64,000 bases of DNA from Myxococcota bacterium (GTDB lineage Bacteria > Myxococcota_A > UBA796 > CAJQPC01). This document shows, piece after piece, positions 50,046-58,809 of the stretch. How positions within the stretch are numbered: the stretch's first letter is position 1; each line of letters begins with the position of its first letter. The DNA is taken from contig JAZAMN010000031.1 in the NCBI GenBank assembly GCA_036229005.1, forward strand, positions 128,001 to 192,000, given 5' to 3'. Made by a program: the position numbers and the translations under genes. Below the pieces are notes generated by a model. The model had not been told where the DNA came from. It worked only from the letters and a program-made list of their open reading frames with translations, and searched no databases.

Positions 50046-50786
50046 CTACCAGGGCAGCCGCGCCGCCCCCTCCCAGCCCTGGGGGTGGTGCACCAGCGCC
50101 TGGATCTCCAGCGCAGCGCCGATCGCCACCAGTTGCGTGATGCGGTCGCCAAAGTCCGGGTGCCACTGCGCCTGGATCCGCGCCAGGTGCGCCGGGTCCG
50201 TCGGCCAGTGCGAGCGCCGCGTGCCTATCCACCAGGTGCCCGCCCGGCTCAGGCTCCAGCCCTGCTGCGTCCAGCTCAGGTGCAGGACCGCGTCCGGGTG
50301 CTCCGTGCTCCACCCAAAGCCCGCGACACGCAGTCCCTCGTAGGCGCCCAGAGCGTCTTGGAGCTTGGAGGGGTCCAGGGGGAGGGAGGTGTGGAGCAGC
50401 GCTGCAGACACCGCGTCCTCACCTCTCAACACCCGCTCCCACGTGGCCTGACTGCGCTGATGGCGCCGGCGAGGACACCCTTCCGCCCACCGCTCCAGGC
50501 CCACCACCGGGGCGGAGGTCAGCGCATGTGGCAGCGCGGGGTCAGCGCCCTGCAGGCAGAGCACCCGGTCGGCGGCCTCGATGGCGGCGGCCAGCTCCAG
50601 GCTCAGGGGGCCACCGTCCCAGAGCACCAGCAGCTCCTCGCCGGCGCGCACCCGTGGCAGAGCAGCCCCGGGCTGGAGCGCGACCCAGGACCTTGGGCCC
50701 ACAGGCTCCGCAGAGAGCGGCACCTCGCTGACCTGAACGAAACGCTGGAGCGCAGACAGATCCCGAGCTTTGAGCCAGTGAATCAC
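50046..50786 (-). CDS. CobW/COG0523 C-terminal-domain protein lacking an intact GTPase domain
   Basis: LRVAGFGW..AGTWW..WP..WHPDFGDRITQLVAIG; GTG start overlaps the upstream stop (GTGA). Confidence 0.7.
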   Translation of the reverse strand: MIHWLKARDLSALQRFVQVSEVPLSAEPVGPRSWVALQPGAALPRVRAGEELLVLWDGGPLSLELAAAIEAADRVLCLQGADPALPHALTSAPVVGLERWAEGCPRRRHQRSQATWERVLRGEDAVSAALLHTSLPLDPSKLQDALGAYEGLRVAGFGWSTEHPDAVLHLSWTQQGWSLSRAGTWWIGTRRSHWPTDPAHLARIQAQWHPDFGDRITQLVAIGAALEIQALVHHPQGWEGAARLPW

Positions 50787-51517
50787 GACCGCGCCGCCTT
50801 GGGCGAGGTGATGGGCCGCAGCGACGCGGGCACCTGAGCGCCCAGGGTCCCGGTGAGCACGACCCGCTCCAGAGGGGGACTGCGCAGGGCCCCCAGATCG
50901 ACGGGACCACAGCGCGCCGCCCGGAGGCTGCGGAGCAGGGGGCACTCCGAGAGGGCCGAGAGCTGAGCCAGGGCCGGGCAGTGCTCCAGATCCACGGACG
51001 CCAGCGTCGGAGCGCGAAGGCCATCCAGGGAGACCAGGGCCGACAGGCGCTCGATCCGAAGCTCCGTGAGGGCCGGCAGCTCCAGGCCCACGCCGTCTAC
51101 GCGCTGCGTCCAGCCGTTCAGGTGCAGGGTGCGCAGGCGCTCGTGCCGAATCGGGCCGCGGCCCAGGTCCACCTGCAGGGACTCCAGCCCCACCGGCAGC
51201 GCAGGCACCTGGGTGTCCGCCAGGGAGAGGCGCAGCGTCCGCAGCTTGGGCATCGCGTGCAGCCAGGGCGCATCCAGCGGCACCCCCGGATCCGTGCGCA
51301 GCCAGGCCGACCTGACCTGCTTCAACAGCGGGTGGTCCAGCGCATACAAAAAGGCGTAGACCCCCGCGCTGCGCCAAGCCGAGCGCAGCGGCTTGCCCCG
51401 CCAGCAGAGCTGCCCCTTGTCCACGCTCAGGGACTCGGCGGCGTGCTCCGGGAGCTCTGCGGCCTGGCTCAGGGAGGCCTGCTCGGAGGAGGAGAGGAGG
51501 ACGGGCTCCAAGGACAT
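50783..51517 (-). CDS. Leucine-rich-repeat-like hypothetical protein
   Basis: Repeated LxxLxL patterns (LRTLRL, LTELRI, LRSLRA). Confidence 0.6.
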   Translation of the reverse strand: MSLEPVLLSSSEQASLSQAAELPEHAAESLSVDKGQLCWRGKPLRSAWRSAGVYAFLYALDHPLLKQVRSAWLRTDPGVPLDAPWLHAMPKLRTLRLSLADTQVPALPVGLESLQVDLGRGPIRHERLRTLHLNGWTQRVDGVGLELPALTELRIERLSALVSLDGLRAPTLASVDLEHCPALAQLSALSECPLLRSLRAARCGPVDLGALRSPPLERVVLTGTLGAQVPASLRPITSPKAARS

Positions 51518-51533
51518 CGGCTCACCGCTCCGG

Positions 51534-52151
51534 CTACTGGGGCCCCGGAAATCTCTGGGGATCCGCCGCCGCCGAGGACAGCACGGCCGCGAAGATGGCG
51601 TGGAAGTTGCGGGCCATGCGGGCGCGATCGTCGGGCGCCAGAGGGCCCCCTCGGCGCAGGTGCAGGACGGCGTCTTCGAGCCCCAGGAAGAGCGTGCGGT
51701 ACAGGAGCGGGTCCAGGGCCGGCCCCCGGTTCGCGGCCACGGCCCGGCGGGTCAGGTTCACCAGCTCATCCATGACGTGCTCGCGCTCGGCGAAGAGGCG
51801 GGACTCAGGGTTGACGGCCTCGGCCTGGAGCAGCCCCAGCAGCTTGCCGCCCCGCTGCTGGAACTCCAGGTAGGCGTCGACCGGGGCGCGCAGGCGCTCG
51901 GCGTCGGTGCTCGCGGCGCGCACGGCCTCGGACACGTCCTGGACCAGGGTGGCGTGGTGCTGCTCGTAGAGCACCAGGACCACGTCCTCCTTGTCGCCGA
52001 AGTACTGGTAGAAGGTCCGCCGCGAGACGCCGGCGGCCGCGACGATGTCCCGAACGGTGACCGGCCGGATGCCCACGCGCGCGATGGCCCGCGCTGCGCC
52101 TTCGAGGATCCGCGATCGGGTGGGGAGGCTGCTGTCCATGAACGGGAGCAT
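51534..52151 (-). CDS. TetR/AcrR family regulator
   Basis: TVRDIVAAAGVSRRTFYQYFGDKEDV; start at 52151 or 52139. Confidence 0.9.
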   Translation of the reverse strand: MLPFMDSSLPTRSRILEGAARAIARVGIRPVTVRDIVAAAGVSRRTFYQYFGDKEDVVLVLYEQHHATLVQDVSEAVRAASTDAERLRAPVDAYLEFQQRGGKLLGLLQAEAVNPESRLFAEREHVMDELVNLTRRAVAANRGPALDPLLYRTLFLGLEDAVLHLRRGGPLAPDDRARMARNFHAIFAAVLSSAAADPQRFPGPQ

Positions 52152-52193
52152 AGCCCGCAGATCGCCTGTGGGGGCGGTTCTGGAGGATTTCAC

Positions 52194-52208
52194 TACACAC
52201 AATGTGTA
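52194..52208. promoter_or_regulatory. Palindromic operator, copy 1 (TACACA-CAA-TGTGTA)
   Basis: Perfect 6-3-6 dyad in the divergent TetR/amidase intergenic region. Confidence 0.65.
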
Positions 52209-52259
52209 ATCGGTCCGAAAGAGCCTCCAGGAGCGTCACTCTGCCGCCTCAGAAAAGCG

Positions 52260-52304
52260 CTTGACTGAAATAAATGCACACTATGTATACTTTGTTCAGT
52301 CGAG
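52260..52304. promoter_or_regulatory. Long dyad with operator copy 2 overlapping a sigma70-like promoter
   Basis: Core TGCACA-CTA-TGTATA; arms CTTGACTGAA and TTCAGTCGAG; TTGACT at 52261 and TATACT at 52286. Confidence 0.6.
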
Positions 52305-52348
52305 CCCATTCCTGACCGAACGGCCGGCCCCCACTCGGAGATCCCCCC

Positions 52349-54130
52349 ATGCGCAACGCCTTCGCTGCCGCCCTCGCCATCCCCCTCGCCCTGGTCGCCT
52401 GCACCGACGCAAGCAGCAGCAGCCCGGTCGATCTGGACCCCGCCTTCTCGAGCGCCGCGCGCCAGTCCGATGTCCCCCGGGACCTGCTGGTCGCCATCGC
52501 CTTCTCGCAGAGCCGGCTGGACGACCGCGGGGGTGAGGCCGCCGAGGACGGCTCCGTGGGCATCATGGGCCTGCCCGAGTACCAGCCGGTCTCCGGTCCC
52601 CACCTGGCGCACGGCGCGGAGCTCATCGGCGCGGACATCGCCGATGTGGCCATCGACCCCGAGCTGAACATCCAGGCCGCCGCCGCCGAGCTGCGCTGGC
52701 GCGGAGACGCCTGGGAGGCCGAGACCGGCCTGGAGCTGGAGGACGTGGCCGACTGGGCCGAGGTCGTGGGCTGGTACGCCGGCGGCGAGGACGCGGGCAT
52801 GCAGCGCAGCTTCACCATCGAGGTGATGAGCTGGATCGAGCGCGGCCTGGTGGCCGAGACCCCCGCTGGCGAGACCATCGCCATCGAGCCCCGCGAGGTC
52901 GACGCCCCCTGGCTGAGCTTCTCCCCCGTGGCTGGCGTGAGCGGCGACTACTCCGGCAACGCCAACTTCGTGCAGGCGCACAGCTCCAACTACACCAACC
53001 AGTCCCGGAACAGCGGCGACATCGACATGATCGTCGTCCACACCGCCCAGGGCAGCTACTCCGGCACCGCCAACTGGTTCGCCAACAGCGCCGCCAACGC
53101 CAGCGCCCACTACGTCATCCGCAGCAGCGACGGCGAGGTCACCCAGATGGTCTGGGAGGAGGACAAGGCCTGGCACGCCGGCCACTCCTCCACCAACTCC
53201 CGCGCCGTGGGCATCGAGCTGGAGGGCTACATCGAGAAGCCCTCCACCTACTACACCGACGCGATGTACAGCTCCCTGGCCGCCCTGATCGTGGACATCA
53301 GCGACCGCCAGGGTGTGCCCCTGGACCGCAGCCACATCATCGGCCACAACGAGGTCCCCGGCTGCGCCTACTCCGGCGGCGGCGGCGCCTCCTGCCACAC
53401 CGACCCCGGCAGCGGCTTCGACTGGGACAAGCTGATGAACGAGGTCAACGCCCTCGCCACCGGTAGCAGCTCCAGCGACAGCAGCTCCAGCGGGTCCTCG
53501 ACTGGGTCCTCCGGCGGCAGCAGCTCCAGCGGGGGCTCCAGCTCAAGCGGTGGGGGCTCCAGCTCTTCCACGGGCGGCAGCTCCTCCTCCACCGGAACCC
53601 TCATCGGCTTCGTCCGCGACGGCGACATCTACTCCGGCGCCGCCATCTCGGGCGCCACCGTCACCACCTCCAGCGGCCAGAGCGCGACCACCAACTCCGA
53701 CGGCCTCTACCAGATCACCGGCGTGCCCAGCGGCTACCTGACCCTGAGCGTCAGCGCCTCCGGCTACAGCGACGGCAGCGCCGAGGAGGAGATCACCGCC
53801 GGCGCCCAGAACTGGGAGAGCGTGGCCTTGAACGCGACCGGCTCCAGCGGCGGCGTGCCCAGCAGCGCGACCCCCACCGGCTGGCAGACCGTCTACGGCC
53901 CCAGCGTCACCATGGACTGGGCCGAGGTCAGCGGCGCGACCTACGAGGTCAAGATCTACTTCTACAACGGCAGTAGCTGGAACTACTACTACGCCTACAC
54001 CACCAGCGACTCCGAGAAGACCTTCTGGCCCGCCATCGACGACACCTACTACGCGTTCAGCGTGCGAGCGAAGGGTGGCTCCGGGAGCGGGGAGTGGAGC
54101 GATAAGAACTACTTTTACTTCAACAACTGA
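52349..54130 (+). CDS. Multidomain N-acetylmuramoyl-L-alanine amidase (Amidase_2) lipoprotein
   Basis: LVAC lipobox; SLT-like N-domain; IVVHT, SAHY, AWHAG, GIELEG, IIGH, HTDPG; Ser/Gly linker; two C-terminal beta-sandwich domains. Confidence 0.92.
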   Translation: MRNAFAAALAIPLALVACTDASSSSPVDLDPAFSSAARQSDVPRDLLVAIAFSQSRLDDRGGEAAEDGSVGIMGLPEYQPVSGPHLAHGAELIGADIADVAIDPELNIQAAAAELRWRGDAWEAETGLELEDVADWAEVVGWYAGGEDAGMQRSFTIEVMSWIERGLVAETPAGETIAIEPREVDAPWLSFSPVAGVSGDYSGNANFVQAHSSNYTNQSRNSGDIDMIVVHTAQGSYSGTANWFANSAANASAHYVIRSSDGEVTQMVWEEDKAWHAGHSSTNSRAVGIELEGYIEKPSTYYTDAMYSSLAALIVDISDRQGVPLDRSHIIGHNEVPGCAYSGGGGASCHTDPGSGFDWDKLMNEVNALATGSSSSDSSSSGSSTGSSGGSSSSGGSSSSGGGSSSSTGGSSSSTGTLIGFVRDGDIYSGAAISGATVTTSSGQSATTNSDGLYQITGVPSGYLTLSVSASGYSDGSAEEEITAGAQNWESVALNATGSSGGVPSSATPTGWQTVYGPSVTMDWAEVSGATYEVKIYFYNGSSWNYYYAYTTSDSEKTFWPAIDDTYYAFSVRAKGGSGSGEWSDKNYFYFNN

Positions 54131-54186
54131 TTTTCCAAGTAGTTCAAGCTACTTAGAATCAAGCGTGTACATACACACGCCCCGAT

Positions 54187-54227
54187 GACCCCCGAAGCCT
54201 GGAGCTCCCCCTCCGGACTCGGGGGTC
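54187..54227. terminator. Hairpin between convergent genes, probable terminator
   Basis: GACCCCCGA...TCGGGGGTC stem with an inner stem. Confidence 0.55.
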
Positions 54228-54242
54228 TTCACGTTGGCGGGC

Positions 54243-55130
54243 TCAGGCCAGCTCGGAGTTCAGCGCGGCCTTGATCGTCGGGTAGCCAAAGGCAAAGCCC
54301 GCGTCCTCCAGCACCCCCGGGACGACGTTCTGGCCGGAGAGCAGCAGGGCATCGCCCATCTCGCCCAACACCAGCTTGACGGGGCCCTTGGGCACGCGCA
54401 TGAACGCGGGTCGGCGCAGGGTGCTGGCCAGGGTCTCGGTGAAGGTGCGGTTGTCGATGCGCTCGGGGGCCACGACGTTCACCGCCCCAAGGTGTTGGCC
54501 GTCGAGCGCCCACAGAAAGGCATCCGCGGCATCGGCGAGGTGAACCCAGGCGAAGGGCTGCCGTCCGCTCCCGATGGGGCCGCCGAGTCCCAGCTTGAAG
54601 GGCAGCAGCATGGCCTCCAGAGCGCCGCCCGAGGCCGAGAGCACCACGCCCAGGCGCATGTGGCAGACGCGCGCGCCCGCCTCCCGGGCCGGGTCCGCGG
54701 CGGCCTCCCAGTCCACGCAGACCTGGGCCAGGAAGTCGCTGCCGGGGGCGTCGTCCTCGCGCACGGGCTCGGGCCGATCCGCCCCGTAGTAGCCGACCGC
54801 CGACGCGCAGATCAGCGCAGGGGGCTTGTCCTGGGCCGCCACCGCCTTGGCGATGCTCGCGGTGCCCAGGGCGCGGGAGTCGTGGATGCGCTTGCGGGCG
54901 CCGTCGGTCCAGCGCTGGTTGATGCTCTCGCCGGCCAGGTGGATCACCGCGTCCACGCCCTCCAGCGCCTTGGGATCGGTCTCCCCCTGGGGGTTCCACT
55001 GGCGCTCCCGGGGTCCCTTGGGGCTGCCGCGGCGCAGCCGGATGACCTGGTCTCCCCGTCCGCGCAGGGCTTCGCGAAGCTGCGTGCCGACGAGCCCCGA
55101 GCTCCCGGTGATGGCGATGACGCGTCCCAA
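54243..55130 (-). CDS. TIGR01777/YfcH family NAD-dependent epimerase
   Basis: ITGSSGLVG, HLAGESI, SAVGYYG, GLGGPIGSGRQ; GGAGGT SD before TTG. Confidence 0.93.
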   Translation of the reverse strand: MGRVIAITGSSGLVGTQLREALRGRGDQVIRLRRGSPKGPRERQWNPQGETDPKALEGVDAVIHLAGESINQRWTDGARKRIHDSRALGTASIAKAVAAQDKPPALICASAVGYYGADRPEPVREDDAPGSDFLAQVCVDWEAAADPAREAGARVCHMRLGVVLSASGGALEAMLLPFKLGLGGPIGSGRQPFAWVHLADAADAFLWALDGQHLGAVNVVAPERIDNRTFTETLASTLRRPAFMRVPKGPVKLVLGEMGDALLLSGQNVVPGVLEDAGFAFGYPTIKAALNSELA

Positions 55131-55188
55131 TCAAACCTCCTGGCGGTGTGGGCCCCGGTACCCGATTAGGGACGCGGGCACCTGTTCC

Positions 55189-55905
55189 ATGCGCGTGACC
55201 CTGACCCGCGGTGAAGCCTCACCCCTGTTGCAATCCCCGGCTGAGGCCGCACCTCGGGCGGTGGCGGAGGCCGTGCTGCGCGCCTGGCCCAAGCTGCAGC
55301 GCTGCACGGTGATCCTCACCAACAACCGCACCCGCGTGCTGTCCTGGCGGGCCCCGACCAAGAGCAGCCTGGAGCTGCGCGTGGCCCGCACCGTGCTGGA
55401 GCGCCCCCAGGACATCGCCGCGGTGGTCACCCGCAAGGACGAGCGCGCCTGGGCCCGACTGGCGGCCCTGCACCAGACCGAGCGCCCCGCCGCCAAGGCC
55501 CCCGTGGACGCCCCCCAGGGCCAGTTCCACGACCTGGCCCCCCTCTGCGAGCGCGCCCGCGTCCACACCCCGGAGCTCTCCGGCCCCATCCCCGTGCGCT
55601 GGGGCCGCTGGCCCTCTCGGGCGCCCCGGCGCCGCATCCAGCTCGGCGCCTGCGACGGCGTCGGCATCCGGGTGCACCCCGTGCTGGACCACCGCAGCAC
55701 CCCCGATTGGTTCCTGGCCGTGCTGCTGCACCACGAGCTGCTGCACCTGGTCATCCCCCCCACCCGCGGCCCCAGCGGCCGCCGGATCGTCCACCCCCGC
55801 GCCTTCCGGCTGCGGGAGCGCGCCCACCCCGACCACGCCCGCGCGTTGGCCTGGGAGCGCGCCAACGTCCCCACTCTGCTCCGACGCATCCAACGCAGGA
55901 TCTGA
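55189..55905 (+). CDS. SprT-like zinc metallopeptidase-domain protein
   Basis: VHPVLD..P.W....LLHHELLH (HExxH)..H..AF. Confidence 0.72.
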   Translation: MRVTLTRGEASPLLQSPAEAAPRAVAEAVLRAWPKLQRCTVILTNNRTRVLSWRAPTKSSLELRVARTVLERPQDIAAVVTRKDERAWARLAALHQTERPAAKAPVDAPQGQFHDLAPLCERARVHTPELSGPIPVRWGRWPSRAPRRRIQLGACDGVGIRVHPVLDHRSTPDWFLAVLLHHELLHLVIPPTRGPSGRRIVHPRAFRLRERAHPDHARALAWERANVPTLLRRIQRRI

Positions 55906-55908
55906 ACG

Positions 55909-56502
55909 ATGCCCCACAGCTTCCGCCGCCTCACCGTCTACTGCGGCTCTTCGAGCAACGCCGCCCCCAAGTACTACGAGCTGGCCCGCCACGTGGGCCG
56001 CAGCCTCGCTCAGCGCGGCATCGGCATCGTCTACGGCGGCGGCCGAGTCGGCCTGATGGGCGCCATGGCCGACGCCGCCCTGGAGGCCGGGGGCGAAGTC
56101 ATCGGCATCATCCCCCGCCGCCTGCAAGGCCGCGAGGTCGGCCACGAGGGCCTCACCCAGCTCTACGTCGTGGACGGCATGCCCCTGCGCAAGTCCATGA
56201 TGATCCAGCTCTGCGACGGCTTCCTGGCTCTGCCCGGCGGCTTCGGCACCTGGGAGGAGATCCTGGAGGCCGCCACCCAGGGCATGCTGAACTACCACCG
56301 CAAGCCCATGGGTGTGCTGGACCTGGACGGCTACTACGCCCCCCTCAAGGCCATGATCGAGCAGGGCGTGAAGGAGCGCTTCGTGCGGGCCCACCACGCG
56401 GAGATCATCCTCTTCGACCAGCAGCTCGACGCCCTGCTCGCGCGCATGGAGCAGGCGGAGATCCCCACCATCGAGTGGCTGCAGGGCGGCGGCCGCGGCT
56501 GA
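55909..56502 (+). CDS. LOG family nucleotide phosphoribohydrolase (TIGR00730)
   Basis: VYCGSS, VYGGGRVGLMG, RK, PGGFGTWEE. Confidence 0.94.
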   Translation: MPHSFRRLTVYCGSSSNAAPKYYELARHVGRSLAQRGIGIVYGGGRVGLMGAMADAALEAGGEVIGIIPRRLQGREVGHEGLTQLYVVDGMPLRKSMMIQLCDGFLALPGGFGTWEEILEAATQGMLNYHRKPMGVLDLDGYYAPLKAMIEQGVKERFVRAHHAEIILFDQQLDALLARMEQAEIPTIEWLQGGGRG

Positions 56503-56586
56503 GCGCACCGGGCCCCGGAAGCGTGAGATCGCCGCAGGGTCACGGCCGCTTGAGGCGGTGTGAGGGTGCTTGTCCAAGGAGCCCCC

Positions 56587-57456
56587 ATGCACATCCTCCT
56601 CACGTGGCTGACTGCCTGCACCGCTGACACCGTCGACACGGCTACCCAAGACAGCGCCCCTGACAGCGCGACCAGCAATGAAGCCCCTCCTGCGCCGGTC
56701 CTGAGCTGGTCCAACAGCGCCGCCGTGGGCGGCCTGGACGTGCTGGTCTGCCAGGTGGACGAGGCCGCCAGCGCCGACCCCAACGGCGATCCTCTGAGCG
56801 TCTCGTTCCGCTGGCAGCTTGATGGCCAGGACCACAGCCCCGCGGCCACCCAGACCGTCCATCCCGGTGACACTCTGCCCGCGTCCGAGACCTCCCCGGG
56901 CGAGGTCTGGACCTGCCTGGCCGTGTCCAATGACGGGCAGCTCGACAGCCCCGAGGCCTCCATCTCCCAGACCCTACAGCAGCGGGAGTGCGACGCCAGC
57001 GACCCGCTCGCGGTCTGCACCTCGATCAACGAGGGCGCCACCCCGCTGGACGCCTACACCTCGGACGCGGGCTGGCTGGCCTTCCAGCTCAGCGCTGACG
57101 GCGACCAGGCCATCCAAGGCGTGGAGTTCTACACCGGCGAGGCGACCAGCCTGACGGCCATCGAGATCTGGACCCACGACAGCAGCTCCGGGCTGCCCGG
57201 GACGCCCATCGCGGGGGCGGCCTTCACCCCCACGACCGCTCGCGGCTATCAGGGCGTGCAGTACGACGACGCCGTGGAGCTGGCCGACGGCACGCCCTAC
57301 TGGATCGTGTGGAAGCCCACGCAGGCGATGCTGGCCTCCTATACCCGAGATGACGGCGCGACGCGGCTCCCCACCACCGTGAGCTGGGACGAGGGGGCGA
57401 GCTGGAACCAGCCCTCCGACGCCCCCTACATGCTCCGAGTGAGCTGCTGCGAGTAG
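56587..57456 (+). CDS. Hypothetical lipoprotein with Ig-like domain
   Basis: AAGGAG SD; MHILLTWLTAC; DPNGDPL..W..GEVWTC..SNDG. Confidence 0.7.
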   Translation: MHILLTWLTACTADTVDTATQDSAPDSATSNEAPPAPVLSWSNSAAVGGLDVLVCQVDEAASADPNGDPLSVSFRWQLDGQDHSPAATQTVHPGDTLPASETSPGEVWTCLAVSNDGQLDSPEASISQTLQQRECDASDPLAVCTSINEGATPLDAYTSDAGWLAFQLSADGDQAIQGVEFYTGEATSLTAIEIWTHDSSSGLPGTPIAGAAFTPTTARGYQGVQYDDAVELADGTPYWIVWKPTQAMLASYTRDDGATRLPTTVSWDEGASWNQPSDAPYMLRVSCCE

Positions 57457-57463
57457 CCGGACC

Positions 57464-58660
57464 TCACACCCGCTTGGTCGCCTGCTCCGGCCGGTCGATC
57501 TTCAGGTAGATGCGCAGCGCCTCGGCGATGGCCTGGGCGATGGCCCGCGCCGAGGGCAAGGGCTCGCCGGTGGGCCGGCCCAGCTCGTCGTAGTCGAAGA
57601 TGAGGTCCTTGCGGACCTCGATGGCCACCGCGCTGGGCCGCGAAGGAGCGTACCGGTACGCCTGCACCACGCGCCCATCGCCTGCGTCCACGAACGCCCG
57701 CACCCGCTCGTAGGCGCGCTGGGACGCCGCGAACTCCTGCTCCTTGCCCAGGGGCGCGCGCTGGAAGTGGTGGATGTAGGCCCGCAGCATCTGCGCCTGG
57801 GCGTCCCGCCGGTTGGTGTCCAGCAGCATGTCCCACACCGCCAGGAAGGCCGGGTCACCCTGGGTCTCCGGGTGGGCCTTGGAGAAGCTCTCCTCCAGGA
57901 AGGCGAAGAAGCGCCAGACCTGGGAGCGCACCTCGATGCTGCCCTCGGGCAGGGTGTAGGGGAAGTTGTGGGCCACGCCAAAGCCCGCCTTCTCCACAGT
58001 CAGGCTGACCCGGTTTCGCAGGATCCGGTCGCAGGTCCACTCCCCAAGCTGCGGCGGGTAGAGCGGGTCGAAGGCCTCGGTGACCTCGTCCTTGTGCAGC
58101 CCGTCCACCCGCGTGATCAGGCTCACCGGTGCCCGCAGGGTCCCGTTTGAGTTGTAGGGGTCGTAGGTGTGCATGGCCAGCTTGAGCCGCCGGGGCTTGA
58201 CCACCCGGTCCATCTCGTCGGAGATGGTGTCGTAGTAGCGCTCCAGCAGCGCCCGCTTCTGCCCGAAGTCCAGCAGCTCCGAGAAGGGGTAGTTGATCGC
58301 GAAGCGCTGCAGGTGCGGTGCCGCCCGCGGCGTAGAGCCCGGGAAGCGGCCGAAGTCCATCAGCACCCGGGCCAGGTTCACCCGGTAGAAGGCCGGCAGC
58401 CCCAGCGCCTGCGCCAGCTCGCGGGCCATCACGGCGGCCCCCCAGTCGCGCTCGCTCACGTAGTGGTCCATGTACAGGGACTCGGGGAACTCCTCCCCCA
58501 TCCGCCCCACGCGGAACTCCTGCGGGATCACCGCGCCGTCGTGCACCACGTCGACCAGGATGCGCTCCAGGTCCCGCGCGGCGATGTCCACGGTGGGCGG
58601 GCCGCTGACCGGCACGCGCTCGAAGAGGCCACCTGGGCCGAACTCTCGCTCAAAGTGCAT
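57464..58660 (-). CDS. N-formylglutamate amidohydrolase-like protein
   Basis: VHDG, ERDWGA, RVLMDFGR, YYD, MHTY and AIEVRKDL motifs. Confidence 0.7.
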   Translation of the reverse strand: MHFEREFGPGGLFERVPVSGPPTVDIAARDLERILVDVVHDGAVIPQEFRVGRMGEEFPESLYMDHYVSERDWGAAVMARELAQALGLPAFYRVNLARVLMDFGRFPGSTPRAAPHLQRFAINYPFSELLDFGQKRALLERYYDTISDEMDRVVKPRRLKLAMHTYDPYNSNGTLRAPVSLITRVDGLHKDEVTEAFDPLYPPQLGEWTCDRILRNRVSLTVEKAGFGVAHNFPYTLPEGSIEVRSQVWRFFAFLEESFSKAHPETQGDPAFLAVWDMLLDTNRRDAQAQMLRAYIHHFQRAPLGKEQEFAASQRAYERVRAFVDAGDGRVVQAYRYAPSRPSAVAIEVRKDLIFDYDELGRPTGEPLPSARAIAQAIAEALRIYLKIDRPEQATKRV

Positions 58661-58809
58661 GCCTCTGGCCTAATCGGATTCTGGCGCGGCGCGCGTTCAA
58701 GGCCGTGTGAATCCGCAGACACTGCCCGCCGCTCCCCTGCCGCCGCGGCCCCTGCCCCGCGCGGATAGCCCCCCTCCGCAGGGCATCCCCGCGCCACCGC
58801 GCGGGCGAC

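Noticed and set aside
53461..53595. Low-complexity AGC/TCC/GGC repeat
   Set aside because: Encodes an ordinary Ser/Gly interdomain linker of the amidase.
54132..54159. Chromosomal dif site
   Set aside because: The geometry fits, but it lacks the XerD-arm consensus TTATGTTAAAT; kept only as a low-interest dyad.
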